A stretch of 42,038 nucleotides of DNA from contig JANYJN010000228.1 of the NCBI GenBank assembly GCA_025358475.1, positions 1 through 42,038 on the forward strand. Direction: 5' to 3'. A model generated the notes under the pieces. It searched no databases, was not told where the DNA came from, and saw only the letters and a program-made list of their open reading frames with translations. The translations under genes were made by a program, and so were the position numbers. This stretch comes from Candidatus Solibacter sp. (GTDB taxonomy: Bacteria > Acidobacteriota > Terriglobia > Bryobacterales > Bryobacteraceae). Every line of letters starts with the position of its first letter. Positions within the stretch are counted from its first letter, which is position 1. Shown here one piece after another: positions 1-7,919 of this stretch.

Positions 1-2
1 AG

Positions 3-397
3 TGGTCCGGTCGCACCTGGTACCGCAAGACTTTCGTCGCACCGGCGTCCTTCCAGGGGAAGAAGGTGTTCCTTGAATTTGAGGCCGTGAGACAGATCGC
101 CGAGGTCTACGTCAACGGCAAACTGTTGGGCGTGAGCAAGAGGGGCTTCATCCCCTTCGGCTTCGACCTCACACCGTGATGGCCGACAACCGCTTCACGC
201 TGGAAACGGGGATGGCCAAAATTATCAAGACCGATCTGCCGTGGAACAGCCCGCACTGGCATCCGGCGCAGGGCGGCATCTATCGCAACGGTGAGTTCCA
301 GGTTGCCGATGTCCCAAAACTCCTGGTTGCGCAGCAGGATGGCCGCCTCCCCGCCATCCCCGTTGATGGCGGGGAGCGCACCCTCTCCGCGGGCTGA
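3..397 (+). pseudogene. Glycoside hydrolase family 2-like N-terminal remnant. The 5' end is off-window, there is a premature stop and frame change, and no catalytic domain follows.
   Basis: The frame starting at nt 3 reads WSGRTWYRKTFVAPASFQGKKVFLEFEAVRQIAEVYVNGKLLGVSKRGFIPFGFDLTP and stops at TGA 177-179; this is the GH2 sugar-binding-domain signature. The 176..397 ORF, in another frame, carries LPWNSPHWHPAQGGIYRN, the next conserved GH2 block. The reading frame then dies about 40 nt before a convergent gene. Confidence 0.5.
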
Positions 398-436
398 CTC
401 GAAGTTTTCGTTTTTCCCGCGAATTGTCCCCGTGGT

Positions 437-1237
437 TTAGGTGGTGAGCGACGTACCCGTGCCGCTCATGAACGACTTGTTCTTGTCGCCCACCCAATAG
501 CGTTCGCCTGCGATGCACCAGATAAACTGCAGTGGATCTTCTTGCGAAAACACTGGGTGGTAGTTAAACATCGGGATCGTGACCAGATCGCCTTCCTCCA
601 CGCTCCGCACGAAGCTCATGGTTTCGGGCGATTCGTAGACTTCCATGGAGCCCCGGCCTTGAATGAAGAAGTAGACCTCTTCCTGGTCGGTATGGTTGTG
701 TGGCGGCCAGGAGCGCTGGAACGGCTGGAAGAACGTGTAGCCGGCCACCAATTTGTCGGCGGGTTCGCTCACATCGAACATCATGTAGACGTCCTTGCCC
801 TTGAGATGGCGGATGCGATCCTCGCGTTTTGAGAACTCGGCAAACTTCGAGTGAAAGACCGGGTGAACGTTTTGCGCAGTCGCGGCGGTCTGAATCAGGC
901 GGGCAGGCTCGGCATCGGGATTTCGGAGCCGGAAGGCGGTACCGAGCGGAAGATACAGGGTGTCGTAATGGGCGAGGTGGTATTCGCCGCCGGTAACCTC
1001 GACGATCGCGCGGCCCTTCCACATATACAACAGCAGTTCGCAGCCCGGCGCGGAAAGCGCCTGCGACTCCGACCCGCCCGGCAAATGATACTCGCCGCAA
1101 GACAGGAATTTCAGATGCGCTTCCGTATTCATGAAGCGCTGGCGGTACACGACGGAGGACCTATCGGTTTGAAACAGCCTGCCCGGCTGTACTTGGTTAT
1201 CTCCGCTGTATTGTTTTTGAGGTGTAGTTGTGGCCAT
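437..1237 (-). CDS. KduI/IolB-family cupin sugar(-acid) isomerase
   Basis: 266-aa ORF with ATG at 1237. The cupin metal motif SWPPHNHTDQEEVYFFIQG resembles IolB PPHKH and KduI HTHERRMEVYFYF. The C-terminal FIWCIAGERYW resembles KduI FIWGMVGEN. Confidence 0.7.
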   Translation of the reverse strand: MATTTPQKQYSGDNQVQPGRLFQTDRSSVVYRQRFMNTEAHLKFLSCGEYHLPGGSESQALSAPGCELLLYMWKGRAIVEVTGGEYHLAHYDTLYLPLGTAFRLRNPDAEPARLIQTAATAQNVHPVFHSKFAEFSKREDRIRHLKGKDVYMMFDVSEPADKLVAGYTFFQPFQRSWPPHNHTDQEEVYFFIQGRGSMEVYESPETMSFVRSVEEGDLVTIPMFNYHPVFSQEDPLQFIWCIAGERYWVGDKNKSFMSGTGTSLTT

Positions 1238-1267
1238 AAATAGACTCGTCGATCACCAGGGGTCGCC

Positions 1268-1546
1268 TCACTCGAGGTGCGAATACTTCCAGTAAGCCTC
1301 GAGCGCAAAATGCTTGGGGTTACCCGCTTGAATACCGATCTCTACAGGCGCGCTGCCCGTCGCACCCGTCACCGGCGCAATGCAACTCGGAGCGCCCGGC
1401 TTTCGGGAAAGCCCCCAGCACCACGGGTCCGCGGCGGCCGCTGCCGGTCGAGGCCATTTCGAGGCTGTTATTCTTTCCGAAACTTCGCGGATGCGATGCC
1501 CCTGCAATCGCGCCCCGATGGCCTGTCCAAGCTCTCTAGGATTCAT
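1268..1546 (-). CDS. Hypothetical small protein (92 aa), possibly first gene of the cupin operon
   Basis: ATG at 1546 is preceded by GGTGGGGAC, with a promoter-like GTATCTGATATGCT motif 36-46 nt upstream. No recognisable domain; the middle of the protein is low complexity (PRPAAAAADPW). Confidence 0.3.
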   Translation of the reverse strand: MNPRELGQAIGARLQGHRIREVSERITASKWPRPAAAAADPWCWGLSRKPGAPSCIAPVTGATGSAPVEIGIQAGNPKHFALEAYWKYSHLE

Positions 1547-1581
1547 GTCCCCACCAATCGATTGGTGCCATTGAAAGTAGC

Positions 1582-1592
1582 ATATCAGATAC
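1582..1592 (-). promoter_or_regulatory. ATATCnGATAT-type palindromic motif / extended -10-like element
   Basis: The minus strand reads TAGTATCTGATATGCT (TG-n-TATGCT). It lies just after the porin stop and 36 nt upstream of ATG 1546. Confidence 0.4.
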
Positions 1593-1611
1593 TAACTAAC
1601 TCCGGACGCGG

Positions 1612-2988
1612 TCAGAATCCGTACTGAACAAAGATATTGATCCGGTTATCGAAACCCGGCAGCAGCCCGAAATAATCGGTGCGCCAGCGTAAGTAGTCCA
1701 GCCCGATTTCCATCTTGCCCCCGAGCGTAAGCCGGTTCGCTATATAGAAAGCGCGATTGCGTGTGCGGCTACCCGCGGCCAAGTCCGCCTTCACCGGATT
1801 GTCCGTGGTGAAGCCCGGAGCCACCGACCAATATCGGTTCAGCCGAACCTTAAATTCCCCCCACCCGCCCCGCCCGCGCACAATCCGGCCCTGCGAGACC
1901 GTGAATCCCTGCCCGGCGCCGCCGCGGAAGTCACTCATGTTGCGGCCCCACCAACCTTCGCCCCGGAAGGCCAGCGCTGAGGCGACCGGCAAGGTCAGAT
2001 CGAAGTTGTACCCGTCTGCCGGGAGAACGGTGCGTCCACCGATCGGCTTCGAAACTCCCAACCAGCCGGTAAAGGTTGAAGCGCCCAATGAGAAAGCCTG
2101 GTTTGCTACCCATAGCGGGCGCGAATATCCGATGCGAGCCTGCACGTCGGGCCGCATGGACTGGATTCCGTCTGCAAAACCGTTGTTATCCAGGTCCAGC
2201 GCGTCCACCACTCCGGTGACTCCGATGGCGCCCGTGAACGAGAACTGGCCCTTGCCAACCTTCGGCTCGTAAGCCGCACGAAGCTGAGGGCGGCGGTCAC
2301 CCAGGTTGCCGGCATTCCACATCAGGGTGTCGTTATTCGTGGTGGGGATCAGTGGGGAAAAGACGTCCCAGGTCTGGCCCGCAAGCAGAGAAAAGCCCTT
2401 CCAGGTAGCCTTCACGTAAGCGTGGCGAATGCGGATGATTTGGCGCGACTCCGAGCCCCCGTTCTCAAAGTCCGTCTCCAGTTTGCCGCTGAGTTCCGCG
2501 TTGCCCAGTGAACGCAGGCGAGGACCAAGGAGGTCGATGCCAACACGGGTCAAGCGCGGATGCATTGCGAAACTCCCGCCCTGCCCGCCGGATGGCGAAG
2601 TGATGAATAGGGGCACTTGCGGGCTATTGGGCCGCTGCGTGTCGATATCCATGTCCAATCTCAACATGCCGTACACTTTGAGCCGGGCGCTATCATCGGC
2701 ACCTTCGCTCTTCTGCGGTGCGCTCGCCGGGCCGGACCCTGCCACAGCCTTTGGCGCGGGAGCGGGAACCGGAGCTTGCGCGATCCCCTGCCCCGGCTGC
2801 AAGCGCGCCTCCAGGGCCGAGAGCAATTGGGCCATGCGGCGGTTCTGTGCTTCGAGGTCCGCGACCCGCTTCTTCAACTCCTCAATCTCGACCGCGGTGG
2901 AATCCGCGCGCCCGGGTGCAGGGGCAGCGGCGGCAATGATAATCTGCGTTGCCAGCAGGACACGGCTAAATAGGAACAAAATTCGCAA
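1612..2988 (-). CDS. Outer-membrane porin with N-terminal coiled coil (beta-barrel)
   Basis: TTG start at 2988 is preceded by GAGGAG. The protein has a signal peptide, a coiled coil (VEIEELKKRVADLEAQNRRMAQLLSALEARL) and an Ala/Pro linker. An alternating beta-strand pattern follows, ending in IFVQYGF (C-terminal Phe typical of OMPs). Confidence 0.7.
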   Translation of the reverse strand: MRILFLFSRVLLATQIIIAAAAPAPGRADSTAVEIEELKKRVADLEAQNRRMAQLLSALEARLQPGQGIAQAPVPAPAPKAVAGSGPASAPQKSEGADDSARLKVYGMLRLDMDIDTQRPNSPQVPLFITSPSGGQGGSFAMHPRLTRVGIDLLGPRLRSLGNAELSGKLETDFENGGSESRQIIRIRHAYVKATWKGFSLLAGQTWDVFSPLIPTTNNDTLMWNAGNLGDRRPQLRAAYEPKVGKGQFSFTGAIGVTGVVDALDLDNNGFADGIQSMRPDVQARIGYSRPLWVANQAFSLGASTFTGWLGVSKPIGGRTVLPADGYNFDLTLPVASALAFRGEGWWGRNMSDFRGGAGQGFTVSQGRIVRGRGGWGEFKVRLNRYWSVAPGFTTDNPVKADLAAGSRTRNRAFYIANRLTLGGKMEIGLDYLRWRTDYFGLLPGFDNRINIFVQYGF

Positions 2989-3038
2989 AAGTACTTCTCC
3001 TCGCGAGGTCAGAGTGGGGGAATGCCAGGACAGAGATT

Positions 3039-3060
3039 GGGGCGGCGGGAAGGCCGCCCC
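3039..3060 (-). terminator. GC-rich hairpin 8 nt downstream of the transaldolase stop
   Basis: GGGGCGGC-gggaag-GCCGCCCC is a perfect 8-bp stem. The trailing sequence on the minus strand (AATCTCTGTCC) is only moderately T-rich. Confidence 0.55.
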
Positions 3061-3068
3061 AGTTTGAC

Positions 3069-3740
3069 CTAAACCGCCGCCGCCTCGAACAACCGGCTCG
3101 GAGGAACGCGTTTCCAGTCGGTGAGAAAGCTTTGCAGCCCGGCATCCGTCAACGGGTGCCGGTACAGCGCCTCAAGCATCTCAAGCGGCATGGTGCAGAC
3201 ATCGGCGCCCGCTAGCAGCGAATCCAAAACCTGCTTGACGTTACGGATGCTCGCGGCGAGGATCTTGGTTTCGAAACCATAGTTGTCGTAAATCGCGCGA
3301 ATCTGGCGGATCAGGTCGGCGCCTTCGTGGCCCACCATGTCGAGACGGTGGATGAAAGGGCTGATATAAGTGGCGCCCGCTTTCGCGGCCAGGAAGGCTT
3401 GCACCGGGCTGAAACACAGCGTGACGTTGGTCTTGATGCCTTCGCTCGACAGCACCTTTACGGCCTTGAGCCCTTCGATCATGACCGGCACTTTCACCAC
3501 CGCGTTCTTATGGAAGGCTGCGATCCGGCGGCCTTCGGCGATGATGCCCGGGGCATTCGTGCTGACCGATTCCACGCTGATCGGCCCGTCCACCAATTCG
3601 AAGATCTCGGCGAGAACGTCGTCGAACGGCTTGCCCGAATTTGCGATATGCGTGGGATTAGTGGTCACTCCGTCCACAATGCCCCACGAGTACGCTTCAC
3701 GAATCTGTACGATATCGGCAGTATCAATAAATAGTTGCAT
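3069..3740 (-). CDS. tal: Small (about 220 aa, class 3B) transaldolase of the Tal/Fsa family
   Basis: MQLFIDTADIVQIREAYSWGIVDGVTTNPT at the N-terminus; Schiff-base lysine context NAVVKVPV; TNVTLCFSPVQAFLAAKAGATYISPFIHRLD has Phe where fructose-6-P aldolases have the catalytic Tyr. GGAG RBS precedes the ATG at 3740. Confidence 0.9.
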   Translation of the reverse strand: MQLFIDTADIVQIREAYSWGIVDGVTTNPTHIANSGKPFDDVLAEIFELVDGPISVESVSTNAPGIIAEGRRIAAFHKNAVVKVPVMIEGLKAVKVLSSEGIKTNVTLCFSPVQAFLAAKAGATYISPFIHRLDMVGHEGADLIRQIRAIYDNYGFETKILAASIRNVKQVLDSLLAGADVCTMPLEMLEALYRHPLTDAGLQSFLTDWKRVPPSRLFEAAAV

Positions 3741-3761
3741 TGTATTCTCCAGAACTTCCGT

Positions 3762-5204
3762 CTAAACCTTCCAGCAGATGAGCTTCATCTCGGACATCTC
3801 TTCAGCCGCATACTTTGGACCTTCGCGGCCCATCCCACTCTCTTTCACGCCTCCGTAGGGCATGTGATCTGCGCGGAACATAGGCACGTCGTTGATGATC
3901 ACGCCACCCACTTCGAACTCCAGCGCAGCCCGGAAAGCGCGTTCCAGATCCCTGGTGAAGATCCCGGCCTGCAGACCGTAGACGCTGTCGTTCACCATGT
4001 GGATCGCATCTTCCAGTTTCTGGTAGCGGTTCACCAGCACCACCGGCCCGAAGACCTCCTGGCAGGAAATGCGGGTGGTTCGCGGCGCGTCGGCGAGGAT
4101 CGTGGGCTCGATGGTGGCGTGCTTGCGGCCGCCACCGCAAATCAGACGCGCCCCTTGGCCCTTGGCCTCGGCGATCCAGGATTCCACGCGCACCGCTTCC
4201 GCCTGGGTAATCAGCGACGAGATATCCGTCGCCTCCTCAAAGGGATGGCCGATGCGAAGCTTGCCTGTGGCTGCGGCGAACTTCGCCAGGAACTCTTCCG
4301 CGATGGAATCGTGTACGTAGATCCGCTGCACGGAAATGCACACCTGCCCGCTATGGGAGAAGCTACCCATGACGCAGCGGGCAACTGCCGTGTCGACGTC
4401 GGCATCGGGCTCGATCACCAGCGCGGAGTTGCTTCCCAATTCCAAGGTCACGCGCTTCAAGCCCGCCCTGGCGCGAATCCCAATTCCGACTTCCTTGCTG
4501 CCGGTAAAAGTAATCATCGCCACATGGGGGCTGTCCACTAAAGCGTTCCCGATCAGCGAACCCGGTCCCGTCACCACGTTGTAGGCGCCGGCCGGAGCGC
4601 CCGCCTCCTCCATTACGCGTGCGAAGCGCAACGCGCTAAGCGGCGTGGTGGTGGCCGGCTTATGAACGATGGCGTTGCCCGCCGCCAAAGCCGGAGCCAC
4701 CTTGTGCATCATCAGATTAAAGGGAACGTTGAAAGGAGTGATGGCGCCGATCACGCCCAGCGGTTCGCGCACCGTCATTGCCAGCCGGCCTTTGCCGATA
4801 GGCGCGCCGTCCATCGGAATCACTTCACCGTGGAAATTGCGCGCTACCTCGGCCGAGGCGATCATTGTCTGCAGCGTCCGCTCGGCTTCGCCGCGCGCTT
4901 CCTTCACCGGCTTGCCGGTCTCAAGGCAAATCAGCTTGGCGAAATCCGCGAGATCGCGCTTGACGATTTCCGCCATGCGAACCAGCAAATCCGCCCGCTC
5001 GAAATTGGTGAGACGCCGCATTGCCGCGGCGCCGCGCTTAGCGCCTTCTACGGCCTTCCCCACCACGGCGGAGTCTGCCATGTAGCAAGATCCCACGGGG
5101 CTTCCGTCGTACGGCAACTCGACGGTATGTAACTCCGCGGTCCGTACCCATTCCCCGCCGATGTACATCGGCAGTGTTTCTATTTCTCGCGTGCCACTAG
5201 TCAT
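3762..5204 (-). CDS. NAD(P)+-dependent aldehyde dehydrogenase
   Basis: ALDH signatures are present: PFNVPFNLMMHK, catalytic Glu in LELGSNS, catalytic Cys in GQVCIS, and YGLQAGIFT. The start is set at ATG 5204 (MTSGTREIETLPMYIGGEW), which overlaps the upstream stop as ATGACTAG. The longer ORF to 5366 would run 170 nt into the larA-like gene. Confidence 0.9.
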   Translation of the reverse strand: MTSGTREIETLPMYIGGEWVRTAELHTVELPYDGSPVGSCYMADSAVVGKAVEGAKRGAAAMRRLTNFERADLLVRMAEIVKRDLADFAKLICLETGKPVKEARGEAERTLQTMIASAEVARNFHGEVIPMDGAPIGKGRLAMTVREPLGVIGAITPFNVPFNLMMHKVAPALAAGNAIVHKPATTTPLSALRFARVMEEAGAPAGAYNVVTGPGSLIGNALVDSPHVAMITFTGSKEVGIGIRARAGLKRVTLELGSNSALVIEPDADVDTAVARCVMGSFSHSGQVCISVQRIYVHDSIAEEFLAKFAAATGKLRIGHPFEEATDISSLITQAEAVRVESWIAEAKGQGARLICGGGRKHATIEPTILADAPRTTRISCQEVFGPVVLVNRYQKLEDAIHMVNDSVYGLQAGIFTRDLERAFRAALEFEVGGVIINDVPMFRADHMPYGGVKESGMGREGPKYAAEEMSEMKLICWKV

Positions 5205-6471
5205 TTGTTTTTCTCCCGAAACCACGAAGCGCCGGCGCCGTGAATCCGGCGTGTGGCATGACCGCCACACGGCCCGGAGCCTTGCGCCGGAGCAGTTCCA
5301 ACAGGCGACTTTCATGCTGCGCGGGGTGGACCGCTTGAAATCCGCATCGCTCGACCATACGCGCATCGAGGGTCGTCACCAGGTGAACGTCATAGCGTTT
5401 GCCGAGACGCGCCAGCCAGAGCGCCTTGTGACCGCCGACCACGAAGTTTTCCCTCAACGCACTCTCCATCGCGGCGTCCGTATCGTAGGTGTTCAGATAC
5501 AGTTCCAAATTGGCGCTGCCCAGGCCGTCGCTGCATTCGGCGTAGTAGTAGAGCAATCCGCCGGGACGAAGCGCGGCGCACGCATTCTCCATGCCCTTGT
5601 GGGCCTGGCGCAGATCGATATCCAGGGGCGCTCCGCCGGCCGAGGCGATCACCACGTCGTAAAGACATTCGATTTCGGTGCGCAGCAGCCGGTCCGCGGC
5701 GCGGCAACCTTGTAGGTGCGCCTGCTCCACGTCACCCGCCGCCACATAGAGAAGTTTGCCCGCCGGGCTCAGTACCACATTGACCACGAAATCCGGCCCG
5801 GCCATGCGCGAGCCTTCCAGCATATCTTCGTGTGCGGGGTTCCCGTCCAATACGCCCGCGCGGCAGCGGGGATCGAGCACCATCCGGTGGTTGAACGTCG
5901 TAGTGCGGTTGCCGGCCACCCCGGGGACGAGACTCTTGCGCCCTCCGCTGTAGCCGGCGATTTGATGAAAGATGATCTCGCCGGTGAGGATGATCCGGTC
6001 CGCCTCATACACCCTGCGATTGATCTGCACCCGGTTGCCGAAGCTCGTCGTGCCTACCTCCACCAGATTCGCCTCGTCGTCGCCGTCGTGATCGTAAAGC
6101 CGGATGCGGCGGAAAATCTCCTCCCCCACGATGGCGCGCTGCTCCGCCTCATTTTGCGGCCGGTGCGTACCCAGCGCGAACACGATAAAGATGTCCGCAT
6201 CCGGAATTCCACCGTAGTTCAGCGTGTTCACGATTGGCGGCAGGAACATGTCCGAGCGTGCGAGCCTCGTAATGTCATTCACGATGATGGCCACCGTCTC
6301 GCCCGCCTTCACCAGGCTGGCAAGCGGACCACAGCCCACCGGATGCTCCAACGCGTAAAGAATAGCCCCCGCTTCATCATCCAGCAGCGGAGCCATTGGT
6401 GGAGTGAGCGGATCGGCTTCGACAGCCAACCGGAAACTTGTATTGCCGAACGGCAACGATAGTGGAAGCAT
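5197..6471 (-). CDS. LarA-family (DUF2088) nickel-pincer-dependent 2-hydroxyacid racemase/epimerase homologue
   Basis: Conserved LarA blocks are ALGTHRPQ, GEIIFHQIAGYSGGRKSLVPG (His plus the cofactor-tethering Lys) and TTFNHR (Ni-ligand His). The start is probably ATG 6471 (MLPLSLPFGNTSFRL, like the LarA N-terminus); upstream in-frame starts at 6501 and 6576 cannot be excluded. Confidence 0.85.
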   Translation of the reverse strand: MLPLSLPFGNTSFRLAVEADPLTPPMAPLLDDEAGAILYALEHPVGCGPLASLVKAGETVAIIVNDITRLARSDMFLPPIVNTLNYGGIPDADIFIVFALGTHRPQNEAEQRAIVGEEIFRRIRLYDHDGDDEANLVEVGTTSFGNRVQINRRVYEADRIILTGEIIFHQIAGYSGGRKSLVPGVAGNRTTTFNHRMVLDPRCRAGVLDGNPAHEDMLEGSRMAGPDFVVNVVLSPAGKLLYVAAGDVEQAHLQGCRAADRLLRTEIECLYDVVIASAGGAPLDIDLRQAHKGMENACAALRPGGLLYYYAECSDGLGSANLELYLNTYDTDAAMESALRENFVVGGHKALWLARLGKRYDVHLVTTLDARMVERCGFQAVHPAQHESRLLELLRRKAPGRVAVMPHAGFTAPALRGFGRKTND

Positions 6472-6484
6472 TCTCAATGTTAAG

Positions 6485-6495
6485 ATATCAGATAT
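6485..6495 (-). promoter_or_regulatory. Perfect ATATCaGATAT palindrome / extended -10-like element in front of the larA-like operon
   Basis: The minus strand reads GATAATATCTGATATCTTAACATTGAGAATG, so TG-n-TATCTT ends 10 nt before ATG 6471. Confidence 0.45.
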
Positions 6496-6587
6496 TATCA
6501 TCCGTGACAATACCCCAAAATCCGGCAATTCGGTATTTCCAGACCAAAAATTGTGGGTGTGGATCAAACCAGGCATAAACGATCCTG

Positions 6588-6601
6588 GTATCTGATATGC
6601 T
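6588..6601 (+). promoter_or_regulatory. GTATCtGATAT motif / extended -10-like element (TG-a-TATGCT) in front of the MFS operon
   Basis: GGTATCTGATATGCTATACGACATG: the -10-like hexamer at 6596-6601 is followed 7 nt later by ATG 6609, which is compatible with a leaderless or very short-leader transcript. Confidence 0.45.
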
Positions 6602-7919
6602 ATACGACATGCCCGCTGCCGTTCCGTCGCTGAAATCCATACCCGGCATGCCGCCGCTCATCCGGCAGGTTCGCTGGTGGGTGATGGCGCTGCTGTTGTG
6701 CATCACGATCATCAACTTTGTTGACCGGCAATCCCTCTCTATTGTCGCGCCATTACTCCGCGAATCGCTGAAGCTGAGCAACACCGATTATGGAATCATC
6801 GTAGCCGCTTTCCAGATGGGAATGATGATGGGCGAGTTTCCGATGGGTTCGCTGATGGACCGCTTCGGAGTGAAATTTGGCTTCACGCTGGCGGTCTCAT
6901 GGTGGTCGCTGGCGAACGCATTGCATGCCGTTGCCCGTACCATGCTGCATTTCAGCGTGCTGAGGTTCTGGCTGGGCACCGGGGAATGCGGCAATTTCTC
7001 CGGAGGCATGAAAACGGTGTCGGAGTGGTTTCCGGTGCGGGAGCGGGCCCTTGCGATTGGGATCTTCAACGGCGGCTCCATGATAGGCTCCATCATCGCT
7101 CCGCCGCTGTTGGTTGTGCTGACGTTGAAATTCGGTTGGCACGCGGCATTTCTGTTGCCCAGCGCCTTGGGCTTTGTGTGGGTATTCGCCTGGCGCAAAT
7201 GGTATCGCAGCCCGGAAGATCACCCCTCGATGTCCGCTGTTGAGCGCGCTTATATTATCGACGGACGCGAATCCACCACGGACCAGCCCGCGCCCAGCAA
7301 TAGAGAGTTGTTGAAGTTGCGGCAGACGTGGGCCCTGATGGGCTGCCGGATGCTGGTTGGGCCCGTGGTCCAGTTTTATATCTATTGGCTGCCTGAATAC
7401 CTGTACCGGCAGCGCGGCCTCTCGCTCAAGGAAATCGGCTTGTTCGCGTGGGTGCCTTTCCTGTTCGGCGACATCGGTAGCATCGGTGGCGGCTGGCTGG
7501 CCGGACGGCTGCTCCGGCGCGGTTTCAGCGTCACCGATACCCGGCGGATCACCATGGGCATCGGCGCGGTATGCTGCCTGCTCAGTTTCGCCGTAGTGGG
7601 AGCGCGAACCATTCCGGTGGCGCTGGCGGGAATTTGCTTCGTGCTGCTCGGGCACACCTTCCTCTCCGCCAATATGTTTGCCGCTATCTCCGACGTGTTC
7701 CCCACCAGTGCGGTGGGGCGCGTCACGGCACTCACCGGAATCGCCGGCGGCCTGAGCGGGATGATCTTTCCCCTGCTCACGGGCATTCTGGTGGATCACT
7801 TTTCGTACCTGCCGGTCTTCAGCCTGGCAGCCGTGATGCCCATGGCGGGAAGCATACTCCTGTTTGCCATGGTCCGGAGCCTGCGTCAGGTTTCGCTCGG
7901 CAAGGAGAAAAACTTGTGA
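6597..7919 (+). CDS. MFS transporter, anion:cation symporter (ExuT/hexuronate-galactonate-like) subfamily
   Basis: Twelve-TMS-like profile with VMALLLCITIINFVDRQSLSIVAPLL, RFWLGTGECGNFSGG and WFPVRERALAIGIFNGG. The start is uncertain: ATG 6597 lies inside the promoter-like motif, so ATG 6609 or 6648 is more likely. Confidence 0.85.
   Translation: MLYDMPAAVPSLKSIPGMPPLIRQVRWWVMALLLCITIINFVDRQSLSIVAPLLRESLKLSNTDYGIIVAAFQMGMMMGEFPMGSLMDRFGVKFGFTLAVSWWSLANALHAVARTMLHFSVLRFWLGTGECGNFSGGMKTVSEWFPVRERALAIGIFNGGSMIGSIIAPPLLVVLTLKFGWHAAFLLPSALGFVWVFAWRKWYRSPEDHPSMSAVERAYIIDGRESTTDQPAPSNRELLKLRQTWALMGCRMLVGPVVQFYIYWLPEYLYRQRGLSLKEIGLFAWVPFLFGDIGSIGGGWLAGRLLRRGFSVTDTRRITMGIGAVCCLLSFAVVGARTIPVALAGICFVLLGHTFLSANMFAAISDVFPTSAVGRVTALTGIAGGLSGMIFPLLTGILVDHFSYLPVFSLAAVMPMAGSILLFAMVRSLRQVSLGKEKNL

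Noticed and set aside
5205-5366. N-terminal extension of the aldehyde dehydrogenase ORF (534-aa version)
   Set aside because: It would overlap the larA-like gene by about 170 nt and encodes an Arg/Cys-rich non-ALDH sequence. ATG 5204 gives the normal ALDH N-terminus and a typical ATGACTAG stop/start overlap.
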